Assembly (NCBI GenBank): GCA_945834475.1
Contig: CAMAHK010000001.1
Location: 18,175 to 82,174, forward strand
Source: an uncultured Verrucomicrobiota bacterium
Lineage (GTDB): Bacteria > Verrucomicrobiota > Kiritimatiellia > RFP12 > UBA1067
Direction of reading: 5' to 3'
DNA: 64,000 nt
In this document: positions 16,788 through 25,658 of the stretch, one piece after another
How the letters are laid out: every line of letters begins with the position of its first letter
Position numbering within the stretch: the stretch's first letter is position 1
Notes under the pieces: generated by a model
What the model saw: only the letters and a program-made list of their open reading frames with translations
Database searches by the model: none
What the model was told of the DNA's origin: nothing
Program-made: the position numbers and the translations under genes

Positions 16788-17819
16788 ATGACAGCAGAAG
16801 AGCAGATCAAGAGAGCAAAAGAGGTCTTTGATGTCGAAATCAATGGCCTTGAAGCGACCCGTGATTCGATCGGCGAGGCGTTCACCGCAGCGATTGCGAT
16901 GATGCTGGACTGTGTCCAGCGCGACGGCATCGTCGTTGTCTCGGGCGTCGGCAAGAACCTGCACATCGCCGAGAAGATGAGCGCGATTTTCGCCTCGACG
17001 GGAACGCGCTCCATCGTCTTGAATCCCGTGCAGGCGATGCACGGCGACCTCGGCATGGTCAGCTCGCGTGACATCCTGATCGCGCTCTCATTCTCGGGCG
17101 AGTCGGCCGAAGTCAACAATCTCATCCCGGCGATCCGGCGTCACGGACTCAAGGTCATCTCGATGACGGGCAAGCCCGAGTCGACGCTGGCGAAGCTCTC
17201 CGATGTTCATATCGAGATTCCGTGCGGCAAAGAGGCGTGTCCCTTCGGGATGGCGCCGACGAACTCGACGACGGCGACGATGGCGATGGGCGACGCACTC
17301 GCGATGGTGATGATTGACGCGCAGAAGTTCGAGCTCTCGAACTACGCGATGAATCATCCGGCCGGGGCGATCGGTCGTGCGCTCGTGATGAAGGTCTCCG
17401 ACATCATGCGTACCGGCGAGAAGCTGGCGACGGTCGCCCCGACGGCGACGGTGATGGAGACCGTAATGGCGATGACCGCGGCGAAGAGCGGCGCCGCCGT
17501 CGTGGTGGATGAAGCGGGAATGCTCAAGGGCATCTTCACGGACGGGGACTTCAGGCGTGTGATTGCTTCGGGTGCGACGCGACAGGAGTGTCGCGTCCCC
17601 GAGGGTGAGACGCCGCAACGGGGGCGCGACACTCTTGTCGCGCCGATTGAGAGCGTGATGACCACCTCGCCGATGTTCGTGCGCGCGAGTGCCTATGCGG
17701 CGGAGCTCCTCAAGATCTTCGAGAAGAAGCGCATCGACGATCTCCCCGTCTGCGACGCGAACGGCAAGGTGGTCGGTCTCGTCGACATCCAAGATCTTCC
17801 CAAAATGAAAGTCCTCTAA
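16788..17819 (+). CDS. kdsD: Arabinose-5-phosphate isomerase (KdsD/KpsF type: SIS domain + CBS pair)
   Basis: SIS motifs VVSGVGKNLHIAEKMSAIFASTG and LIALSFSGES. CBS pair motifs GIFTDGDFRR .. VGLVDIQDL. The inter-CBS linker is longer than I expect and carries two palindromes (separate feature). Confidence 0.85.
   Translation: MTAEEQIKRAKEVFDVEINGLEATRDSIGEAFTAAIAMMLDCVQRDGIVVVSGVGKNLHIAEKMSAIFASTGTRSIVLNPVQAMHGDLGMVSSRDILIALSFSGESAEVNNLIPAIRRHGLKVISMTGKPESTLAKLSDVHIEIPCGKEACPFGMAPTNSTTATMAMGDALAMVMIDAQKFELSNYAMNHPAGAIGRALVMKVSDIMRTGEKLATVAPTATVMETVMAMTAAKSGAAVVVDEAGMLKGIFTDGDFRRVIASGATRQECRVPEGETPQRGRDTLVAPIESVMTTSPMFVRASAYAAELLKIFEKKRIDDLPVCDANGKVVGLVDIQDLPKMKVL
17576..17644. repeat. Inverted pair of 22-nt GC-rich hairpins (REPIN-like) lying in-frame inside kdsD
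   Basis: 17576-17597 is GACGCGACA-GGAG-TGTCGCGTC. 17623-17644 is GGCGCGACA-CTCT-TGTCGCGCC. Both have perfect 9-bp stems, and the loops are reverse complements of each other. A third copy is at 31691-31712 in rho. Confidence 0.85.
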
Positions 17820-17822
17820 TCC

Positions 17823-17867
17823 GTCTCAGTGGTCTTAGTCGTCTTAGAAAGTCTTAGCAAGTCTCTA
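17823..17867. repeat. Five phased GTCT(T/C)(A/C)(G/A) heptamers at 9-10-nt spacing upstream of the pilus-like cluster
   Basis: GTCTCAG 17823, GTCTTAG 17832, 17841 and 17851, GTCTCTA 17861. The first gene of the cluster starts at 17894. Confidence 0.7.
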
Positions 17868-17893
17868 CAAGCAAATTAGAAAGGAAAACAACC

Positions 17894-18607
17894 ATGAAGA
17901 AGCTGATGATTTCAACGGTTCTCGTGCTCGCTGCGGCGTCCGTGTTTGCGGCACCCAAAATGAAGAAGGCTGCTGCTGTTGCTGCGGTTGATGACGAGGT
18001 CACGACGGGCAGGGGTGCGAAGATTCTCATCTCTCAGGAACCGAAGCTCGGCCAGGCCGCGTGTCTAGGGGCGCCGTCGGTGGCGGGGGCATCGCTGATC
18101 GGCCAGGCCTACAAGAAGCCGCGCCAGTGGATTGTCCTTGAGACGAAGTACGATACCTTCGGCACGGAGAAGTCGAAGTTCCTCGACCAGCTCACGTTCA
18201 CGTGGCACGTCCTCCTCGAGACGAAGAGCGCGAAGGAGAACAAGGGCAACAAGGAAGGGCTTGCGCCGTACAGCTACTTCACGACGGCGACGACGTACTT
18301 CAATATTCCGACTGGCTCGCATGCCGCGTCGGTCGTGTTGTCGCCGAGCTATCTTGAGCGTTACGGTGAGCCGAAGGCCGTCGGTCTTGAAATCACGAAC
18401 CAGAACGGCGAGATGCTCAATGGCGACTGCTGGAGCGAAGTGAAGGGCATCGCCCCGCACAAGAAGTTCTGGGAAGACCCGAAGATCATGAATGCGGACG
18501 GGGCGGACGGCAATCCGATGATCGAGCGTCGCCAGGGTCTTGTCGACCGTTCGAAGACAATTTGGGCTCTCGTCAACCCGAACGACTACGAAGCAACGAT
18601 TCAGTAA
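17894..18607 (+). CDS. Secreted protein, first gene of the pilus/secretin-like cluster (positional equivalent of Akkermansia Amuc_1102)
   Basis: Signal peptide MKKLMISTVLVLAAASVFA-AP. 237 aa. An SD-like GAAAGGA lies upstream. It sits 48 nt upstream of the pilM-like gene. I recognised no catalytic motif. Confidence 0.6.
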   Translation: MKKLMISTVLVLAAASVFAAPKMKKAAAVAAVDDEVTTGRGAKILISQEPKLGQAACLGAPSVAGASLIGQAYKKPRQWIVLETKYDTFGTEKSKFLDQLTFTWHVLLETKSAKENKGNKEGLAPYSYFTTATTYFNIPTGSHAASVVLSPSYLERYGEPKAVGLEITNQNGEMLNGDCWSEVKGIAPHKKFWEDPKIMNADGADGNPMIERRQGLVDRSKTIWALVNPNDYEATIQ

Positions 18608-18655
18608 CTTCCCGTACCGCGGTGCGTCTCGCCCGCGGCGCTGAAACGAAAAACC

Positions 18656-20257
18656 ATGGCAAAGAAATTTCTAACCCTCAATATCGGCGCAGCCAACATC
18701 GAGCTTGCCGAATATGAGCAAAGCGGCAAATCGCTGACGCTCCTCAACTACGGGACGGCGCCGCTGGCGGCTCCGCTCGATGGCGGCAATGCCGAGACGA
18801 TTCTCGCGCCGGCGCTGCTCGAGCTTGTCCGCAGCCGCGGCTTTAAGCCGGGCCCGGTTGCCGTCTCGCTCTCGGGACAGATGGTGTTCCCGAAGTTCGC
18901 GGCGATTCCCGTCGCCGGCGCGACGGGCGACAAGTTCGAGCAGATGGTCCGTTACGAGATCGAGCAGGGCATTCCCTTCCCGATTGACGAGATGGTCTGT
19001 GACCGCCAGGTTCTCGGGGAGACCGAGAACGGCGATACGGGCGTGATGATCGTTGCGGCGAAGGTCGACCAGGTCGAGTCGATCATGGCGGCGGTGCAGT
19101 CCGTCGGCTTCCAGCCCGAGCTCGTGGGTGTCGCGCCGCTCGCGCTCGTGAATGCGATTCGTTTTGCGAGCGACGATCCCGACAGTTGCATGGTGGCACT
19201 CGACATCGGCGCGAAGACGACGTCGCTCGTCATTGCCGAGGGTGACAAGGTCTACACGCGTTCGATTCCCGTCGCGGGCAATGCAGTGACGAAGGAAATC
19301 GCGAACGCGCTCGGTTGCACGAGTGAGGAAGCCGAGCAGTACAAGCTGAACCAGGCGTATGTGTCTCTCGGCGGCGTGACGGAAGACGAGGACGAGGCGA
19401 CGGACCGGATGGCGAAGGCTTGCCGTGCGGTGATGACCCGTCTCAATGCCGAGATCAGCCGCTCGATCAATTTCTATCGCAGCCAGCAGAAGGGCAGCGC
19501 CCCCGTGCGGCTCTACCTGACTGGCGGCACGGCGCTCCTGCCGCAGATCGACCAGTTCTTCGCCGAACAACTCGGTATCGAAGTCGCGTTCTTCAATCCG
19601 TTTGAGCGTGTTAGAATCGGTCGCGGCATCGACCCCGAGTCGGTTGGCGCGGACGGCGCGTTCATCGCGGCGACCGTTGGCTTGGCTTTGCAGGAGATCG
19701 GTTTGGCGTATTTCGCGATCAACCTTCTGCCGCCGTCCATTGTTGAGGCGAAGGCGGAGAAAGCCAAGATCCCATTCCTTGTCATCGGTGGCGCAGGGCT
19801 TGTCCTCTCGCTCGTGCTGGTCGCGCTGGCATTTGGTAATGAGGCTAAGGTCATTGAGGCGCAGCGCGATGCGGTGCAGGCCAAGGTTGACCAGCTTTCG
19901 GGCTTTGACAAGAAGATTACGGCGGCAAAGACGGCGCTGGAGGCGACGACAGCCGATGCCGAGGCGTTGCGCGGGTTGTTGGCGAGTCGTACGGCGGCGG
20001 TGCAGCAACTCAATGCCGTGCGCACGTCGCTTCTGAACGGCATGTGGATTTCCGCCTGGAACGGGTCACGTGTGACCATACGCTATTGGAAGGATCGTGT
20101 GAAGCCGCCGGCGGGCAAGACCTCGGGCGAGGCTGTTGTTGACAAGCTTAAGACGAAGGCGGTTGTCGTACCGGATTCGGTGCGAATCGCCGACATGTCG
20201 CCAGTAGGGACGGACGGATCGATTGAACAGTTCACCGTGGAGGTGAAATTCCAATGA
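18656..20257 (+). CDS. pilM: PilM-like actin-fold protein fused to a PilN/PilO-like TM + coiled-coil segment
   Basis: LTLNIGAANIELAEY.., VALDIGAKTTSLVI, IPVAGNAVTKEIA and LYLTGGTALLPQIDQFF (ASKHA/PilM pattern). A TM segment IPFLVIGGAGLVLSLVLVALAF and a coiled-coil follow. There is a 4-nt overlap with the next gene. Confidence 0.75.
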   Translation: MAKKFLTLNIGAANIELAEYEQSGKSLTLLNYGTAPLAAPLDGGNAETILAPALLELVRSRGFKPGPVAVSLSGQMVFPKFAAIPVAGATGDKFEQMVRYEIEQGIPFPIDEMVCDRQVLGETENGDTGVMIVAAKVDQVESIMAAVQSVGFQPELVGVAPLALVNAIRFASDDPDSCMVALDIGAKTTSLVIAEGDKVYTRSIPVAGNAVTKEIANALGCTSEEAEQYKLNQAYVSLGGVTEDEDEATDRMAKACRAVMTRLNAEISRSINFYRSQQKGSAPVRLYLTGGTALLPQIDQFFAEQLGIEVAFFNPFERVRIGRGIDPESVGADGAFIAATVGLALQEIGLAYFAINLLPPSIVEAKAEKAKIPFLVIGGAGLVLSLVLVALAFGNEAKVIEAQRDAVQAKVDQLSGFDKKITAAKTALEATTADAEALRGLLASRTAAVQQLNAVRTSLLNGMWISAWNGSRVTIRYWKDRVKPPAGKTSGEAVVDKLKTKAVVVPDSVRIADMSPVGTDGSIEQFTVEVKFQ

Positions 20258-21273
20258 ACAAGACCAAGATCATTTTGGCCGCTATCGGCGGCGTCATTGG
20301 CGTTGCAGTGCTCGGTGCGGCTGTCTTCGCCTATTTCTCCTTTGCAGCCAAGACGGCGGCGATGGAAGGCGATGACGAAAACGGCGTCGACGGGCTCGAG
20401 ACCGTGACGGAGAAGGCCGAACAGCTCTCGCGGAAGTCGGTCTTTCCGTGTGCGGACAGTGTGAAGATTCTGACGGAATCGCGCGAGAAGATCGCCGAAT
20501 GGAAAGACGAGGCCTTCAAGCTAGCCGCGCGCGGCGATCGTCCGATCGTTCCGATGACGCCGGCTCAGTTCAAGGAGTTTGTGATCGGCGAGGCGCATCG
20601 CGTGGCCGGAATCAAGTCCGATTCGACGAATACGATCTGCGCCGCCGACTTCGAGTTTGGTCCGTTCAAGCCGTACATCGCCGAGGGCAAGATGCCGGAA
20701 GCGGAGGCGCTCAAGGATCTTCAGCGCAAGTTCGACGATGCAGTGACGATCATCGAGATGCTGGCGGCGGCGGGTGTCTCGACCGTCAGGCAGATCGATG
20801 TGAAGGATGTCGTGCAGAAGGTCGAGGAAGAGGCGAAGCCGAAGAAGGGTGCGAGGAGGCTGGCGAAGAAATTCGCAAAGGACGATGCCCCCGCGTTCAA
20901 GCCCGAAACGCATACCTACGAGATCGTCTGCAAGACGCGTCCCGCAGCTCTTGTGAAGGCACTCAATGCCTTTGCGACGAGCGAACGTTTCATGGTTGTG
21001 GATAATTTCAGGTTTGCCCTTGAACGTGACGCGATTGTCGCGACCTTCAACGGGAACGAGAAGAAGGATGAGCCACAGACGGGACGTCGCCGTCGCCGTC
21101 GCAGTTCGTCCGCCGATGAAAGCGAACAGCCGGCGGCGCAGGCCGAGGCTCCGAAGGTGACGGTCGTCACCGACCCGGCGGTCGACGCGACGTTCGATGC
21201 CGCGCTGACGGTGACGGTTCACGATTTCAAGTCGATGGAAGAGACGAAGGAAGACGGGGAGGAGTCGAAATGA
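20254..21273 (+). CDS. Bitopic membrane protein resembling Akkermansia Amuc_1100 (pilus-associated, PilO-like)
   Basis: N-terminal TM IILAAIGGVIGVAVLGAAVFAYF. The blocks TPAQFKEFV, FEFGPFKPY, IIEMLAAAGVSTVRQI, ALNAFATSERFMVVDNFRF and the C-terminal LTVTVHDFK line up with my recollection of Amuc_1100. The gene sits between the PilM-like and secretin genes, as in that locus. Confidence 0.45.
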   Translation: MNKTKIILAAIGGVIGVAVLGAAVFAYFSFAAKTAAMEGDDENGVDGLETVTEKAEQLSRKSVFPCADSVKILTESREKIAEWKDEAFKLAARGDRPIVPMTPAQFKEFVIGEAHRVAGIKSDSTNTICAADFEFGPFKPYIAEGKMPEAEALKDLQRKFDDAVTIIEMLAAAGVSTVRQIDVKDVVQKVEEEAKPKKGARRLAKKFAKDDAPAFKPETHTYEIVCKTRPAALVKALNAFATSERFMVVDNFRFALERDAIVATFNGNEKKDEPQTGRRRRRRSSSADESEQPAAQAEAPKVTVVTDPAVDATFDAALTVTVHDFKSMEETKEDGEESK

Positions 21274-22349
21274 TGGCACGCGGGGACAAGACGAATTTCT
21301 TCGTCAGCCACTACGAGTGGGTTGTCGCCGGCGTTGGCGCGTTGGCGCTGGCAGCGGGTGTGATGTTCTTTATGATGTCGCTGGGAGCCGATGCGGACGA
21401 AGCGGCGGCCGATGCGGTTCGCGCGGTTGACCGCAAGAAGCCGGCCGCCCTGGGCGTTGAGTCCGTCGACCTGGCGCCCTACGCGGCAGCGGTTCGTCAG
21501 GTGCGCACACCGGCGTTGGTCGCCGAAATCGCCGACCGTCAGGAAAGCTTCTTGGCGAGCGAGAAGCGCGTGAAGTGCGTGTGCGGCAAGATCATGCCCG
21601 GCGGTCTTGAGACGTGTCCGGCGTGCGGCGTGTCGCTGATCGTCGTCAACAAGGTCGACGAAGAGGCGAAGAAGGCCGAGCGGTGGGCGAAGAAGTATGG
21701 CGTGCAGCCGGATGATGCCGACGCGGATGGCGACGGATTCACGAACGCCGAGGAATACGCAATGGGCACCGATCCGACGGACGCGAAGGATCACGGCGAC
21801 TATCTGGATTCGCTGAAGCTTCAGCTGCCGCTTAAGGAAACCTACGTGCCGTTCTACCTCAAGGCGGTCAACAAGATCCCGGCGGGCTACCGTTGCGAGT
21901 TCGTCCAGAAGGGCGCGACGTTTAGCGCGACGGTCGGCGAACCTCTGGTGATCGTAAAGACCAGCGGCATCGGCAAGGAGACCAAGGTCGAGACGGGCTT
22001 CAAGCTGGTGGCTGCGGAAAAGAAAGAGAAGAAGGTCGGGATGAAGGGCGTTGCCGGAACGAAGATGGTGGATGCCTCGACGGTGACGATCGAACGTGCC
22101 AGCGACGGCAAGAAGCTCGAATTGGTCGTTCCGTTCAGGAAGCCGAAGTTGACGCCGGTAGACGTGCAGGCGACGCTGGTGTACACGCGTGGAAGCGTCA
22201 AGAACTTTGAGGTCGTTGCTGGTGAAACGATCGAGTTGAATGGAATGAAGTACAAGATTGTCTCCGTCACGGGAGGTGCCAAGTCCGCTGAAGTGGTTTT
22301 GGAGAATGGTCAGACTGGGAAGAGACAAACTCTGAAAACCCTTGAATGA
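21270..22349 (+). CDS. Membrane-anchored protein with zinc ribbon and one thrombospondin-type-3 motif (cluster component)
   Basis: TM WVVAGVGALALAAGVMFFMM. Zinc ribbon CVCGKIMPGGLETCPACG. TSP3 motif DDADADGDGFTNAEEYAMGTDPTD. ATGA overlap with the upstream gene. Confidence 0.6.
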   Translation: MMARGDKTNFFVSHYEWVVAGVGALALAAGVMFFMMSLGADADEAAADAVRAVDRKKPAALGVESVDLAPYAAAVRQVRTPALVAEIADRQESFLASEKRVKCVCGKIMPGGLETCPACGVSLIVVNKVDEEAKKAERWAKKYGVQPDDADADGDGFTNAEEYAMGTDPTDAKDHGDYLDSLKLQLPLKETYVPFYLKAVNKIPAGYRCEFVQKGATFSATVGEPLVIVKTSGIGKETKVETGFKLVAAEKKEKKVGMKGVAGTKMVDASTVTIERASDGKKLELVVPFRKPKLTPVDVQATLVYTRGSVKNFEVVAGETIELNGMKYKIVSVTGGAKSAEVVLENGQTGKRQTLKTLE

Positions 22350-22401
22350 CGCTTCGATATTTAGTATACTTATTTCAGAAAATAAGGAGTAGACTGTCGA
22401 T

Positions 22402-25400
22402 ATGACACAGATTCGTAAAATTGTCGTCCTCGGTGCGGTCGTGGCGGGCCTTGCCATCTGCCCGTCAGGGTATGCTCAGGATGATCTTGATGATCTTTTG
22501 AAAGATCTTGAGTCCGAGAGCGATCAGGCGGCAACGGTGCCGGCAAAGGCGGTGGAGACGGCTGAAGAGACGGCTGAAGAGCCTGCGGAAGAGCCTACGG
22601 ATACCACGCCTGTCGTCGAGAGCGACGACGGTACGATGAAGGCGGAGGAGTCGGCTGACGAAGAGAAGACCGAGGAACCTGCGGCTGACGAAGAGAAGAC
22701 CGAGGAACCTGCGGCCGAAGAGGAGAAGACCGAGGAACCTGCGGCTGAAGAACCGGCGAAGGTGACAAACGAGAAGGTCGACGAGGTCTTGAACCTTCTC
22801 GATGAGCTTGCAGAAGAAGCGGGTGAGAAGCCGAAGGCTGAGATGCCCGACGCGGAGAAGTCGGCTGTGGCCCAGAAGGTCGCGAAGCCGAATCCGGAGG
22901 CGGAGCTCCTGATGAACCTGGCGACGACGGAGCGCGTTCGCCGTCAGGCTCTTGACGCGCAGGCCAAGCGTGAGATCGCCGAGGCGCGGGGCTGCATGAA
23001 GAAGGCAGAGTACACAGAAGCCGTCCGTCATTATGGCAATGCCGCAAAATTGCTGAACGATCGTGCGGCTGTGAAGGACTTCCGCAAGGAATGCGAGCAG
23101 GGCATTGCCGAGGGGCTGTATCGTGCCGCATTGCAGGAGAACGACCTTGGGCGTCGCGACCAAGCGACCCAGATGATGGAGAAGGCCGTTGAAATGCGTC
23201 ACCCCCGTGCGCGTCGCATGTTGGAGAAATGGGCGGATGAGGGGAGTGTGGTCGCGGAGACTGAGGATAAGTCCGAGAATCGTCATGCGAAGAGTGACGA
23301 GGCGTATCGTCGTGATCGCGAGCAGATCCGCAAGCACTTGAAGCGGAGTGTGCAGCATTTGGCCAACCGCAATATGACGAAGGCGCTAGAAGAGTGCGAG
23401 GTTGTGCTCAAGAACGACCCGTACAACCAGGAGGCGATTCGCATCCGCAAGGCCATCCAGAAGAAACGGCAGGCGATTCTGAAGCAGGAGCGTGAGGCAG
23501 CCCGAGACGGCATGATTGCTGATGTCGACGAGGCGTGGCGTCCCGTGTATGCGGTTAATGCCTCTCAACTGAATGCCCAGTCGGCCGAGACGGTGAAGGC
23601 GCAGACGGGTGACGATCCCGAGCGCACGATGGAGCAGGATATCGAGCGCCGCATGAAAGAGATGAAGCTTCCCAACATCTCGTTCAAGCCGCCGGCCACG
23701 ATCATTGACGCGGTCGAGTTCTTCCGTCAGGCGTCGAAGGACTATGATCGTCCCGAAATCCCGGCCGAGAAGCGTGGCTTCAACTTCGTCCTGCGTACGC
23801 CGGTCGGCGCGATCAAGCAACAGGCGGAGGAAGAGGAGTCCGACGACTTCTCCGCGAGCGGCGACGAAGACAGCTCCCAGCCGACGAACGGTCTGGAGCC
23901 GATCCAGACGATCACGGCGAGCGACATCACGTTCCATGAGGCGTTGAAGCTTGTCTGCGACTCGGTTGGCTACAAGTTCATTGTTCGCGGTCAGGTCGTG
24001 ATGGTGATGCCGTTTGACATGTCGACGGCCGAACTCATCGCCCGCAAGTACAATGTTCCGGAGGCGTTCGTCGAGCGTGTTAGCAACGCATCAGACGAGA
24101 TTAAGCAGATGGGTGGCTTTGGCGCGAACAACAACTCGCGCAGGCAGGCGAGCGAGGAGGAAGAGGGCGAAGGCCAGGACTGGAAGGCCTTCTTCGAGGA
24201 AATGGGCGTCAAGTGGCCTGAGGGTTCGTCGATCAAGCACATCAAGGCGCTCGGCAAGCTCTATGTCCGCAACACGCGCGAAAACCTCGCGGAGTTCGAG
24301 AAGGTCCTCGACGAACTCGGTGGTCAGCCGCAGCTCATCGAGATCGAGACGCGTTTCGTCGAAGTCTCGCAGGAAGACCTCAACTCGCTCGGCTTCGAGT
24401 GGCTTCTCAACAATGACTACAACTTGGATGTCGGTAGGCGTCTGGGCAGGGCCTTGGGCTTGAGCAAGGCCGCCTATACGAGTGAGATTTCCGGTGGCAC
24501 TGCCGGTTCTGAGACGACGACGTCGTATACCTACAACAAGGACGGCACGATTAGCTCGGTCAGCACGGTGACGACGCCGGCTGGTACGGGTGGCACGACG
24601 TCCAGTGTCTGGAAGAAGGGTGGCGATAAGCGCAATTTGGGCGTTGGTGCCTTTGGCGGCACGGATTCCGAGTATAACAACAACAATCGCTACCTCTCAA
24701 CGGTTGGCAACCACATTTCGGGACAGTCAGCGTCGACGAATGATCAGTTCATGCGTGTGAACGCGTTCCTGGGCAGCGCTGACGTCTCGATGATCCTCCA
24801 TATGCTTGCCCAGCGCAGCGACACGGACCTCCTCTCCGCGCCGAAGATCGTTACCAAGTCGGGCGAGAACGCCGTCATCAAGGTCGTCACCGAATACATC
24901 TACCCGCAGGACTACGACGTGCAGCTCCAGTCGAGCAACTCGAACGGCGGTTCGAACTCGGGCGGTTCGCAGTCGGCCGTTCTCGCGGTCGTCGAGCCGC
25001 AGAACTTCACGATGCGTGAAGTCGGCGTTATCCTCGATGTCACCCCGACCTATTCCGAAGCGAACGGCGGTACGATCGACCTTGAGCTCAAGCCCCAGGT
25101 TGTCGATGAGCCGACGTGGAAGAACTACGGTATGAAGATTCCGTTCACGGGCAATTCGTCGCTGCAGAGCTTCGAAGGCATTGGCGGCATTCTCGACGGT
25201 CTCGCCAACTCGATTAACGCCATTGGTTCTATTCCGGCCGAAACCAAGAAGTGGATCATCAAGACGGAAACTGAAGCCGCCGAAGATGCGCTCCGTGGCT
25301 TGACGAAGTCGTCGAAGGACAACATGACCTACTACGATGCGCCGATGGAACAGCCCTTCTTCCACGTTCGCTCGATCGACTCGAAGGTCTCGATCACCCC

Positions 25401-25647
25401 GGGCGCGACGGTTGTCATGGGCGGTCTCATCACCGAGCAGCGCAAGGCGATGGACGACAAGATTCCGTTCCTCGGCGACCTGCCGTACATCGGTCGTCTC
25501 TTCCGCTCGCATGCCGAGCAGACGAACAAGCGTAACCTCCTCATCTTCGTGACGGGCCGCTTGATCACGCCGTCCGGTCGTGAGCTCAAGATGAACGAAG
25601 AGCAAGCTAACGAGGCCGAGGTCAAGGCAGCCCCGCAGGTCGACTAA
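22402..25647 (+). CDS. Secretin (GspD/PilQ family) with acidic-repeat and TPR-like N-terminal extension
   Basis: The C-terminal secretin signature is present: TPGATVVMGGLITEQ....DKIPFLGDLPYIGRLFRSHAEQTNKRNLLIFVTGRLI. Signal peptide MTQIRKIVVLGAVVAGLAICPSGYA. AGGAG SD upstream. Confidence 0.85.
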   Translation: MTQIRKIVVLGAVVAGLAICPSGYAQDDLDDLLKDLESESDQAATVPAKAVETAEETAEEPAEEPTDTTPVVESDDGTMKAEESADEEKTEEPAADEEKTEEPAAEEEKTEEPAAEEPAKVTNEKVDEVLNLLDELAEEAGEKPKAEMPDAEKSAVAQKVAKPNPEAELLMNLATTERVRRQALDAQAKREIAEARGCMKKAEYTEAVRHYGNAAKLLNDRAAVKDFRKECEQGIAEGLYRAALQENDLGRRDQATQMMEKAVEMRHPRARRMLEKWADEGSVVAETEDKSENRHAKSDEAYRRDREQIRKHLKRSVQHLANRNMTKALEECEVVLKNDPYNQEAIRIRKAIQKKRQAILKQEREAARDGMIADVDEAWRPVYAVNASQLNAQSAETVKAQTGDDPERTMEQDIERRMKEMKLPNISFKPPATIIDAVEFFRQASKDYDRPEIPAEKRGFNFVLRTPVGAIKQQAEEEESDDFSASGDEDSSQPTNGLEPIQTITASDITFHEALKLVCDSVGYKFIVRGQVVMVMPFDMSTAELIARKYNVPEAFVERVSNASDEIKQMGGFGANNNSRRQASEEEEGEGQDWKAFFEEMGVKWPEGSSIKHIKALGKLYVRNTRENLAEFEKVLDELGGQPQLIEIETRFVEVSQEDLNSLGFEWLLNNDYNLDVGRRLGRALGLSKAAYTSEISGGTAGSETTTSYTYNKDGTISSVSTVTTPAGTGGTTSSVWKKGGDKRNLGVGAFGGTDSEYNNNNRYLSTVGNHISGQSASTNDQFMRVNAFLGSADVSMILHMLAQRSDTDLLSAPKIVTKSGENAVIKVVTEYIYPQDYDVQLQSSNSNGGSNSGGSQSAVLAVVEPQNFTMREVGVILDVTPTYSEANGGTIDLELKPQVVDEPTWKNYGMKIPFTGNSSLQSFEGIGGILDGLANSINAIGSIPAETKKWIIKTETEAAEDALRGLTKSSKDNMTYYDAPMEQPFFHVRSIDSKVSITPGATVVMGGLITEQRKAMDDKIPFLGDLPYIGRLFRSHAEQTNKRNLLIFVTGRLITPSGRELKMNEEQANEAEVKAAPQVD
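22651..22752 (+). repeat. 3.4 copies of a 30-nt tandem repeat encoding (A/E)(D/E)EEKTEEPA inside the secretin gene
   Basis: The unit GCGGCTGACGAAGAGAAGACCGAGGAACCT is read at 22651, 22681 and 22711, with a partial copy at 22741. Confidence 0.9.
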
Positions 25648-25658
25648 AAAGGTATGGT

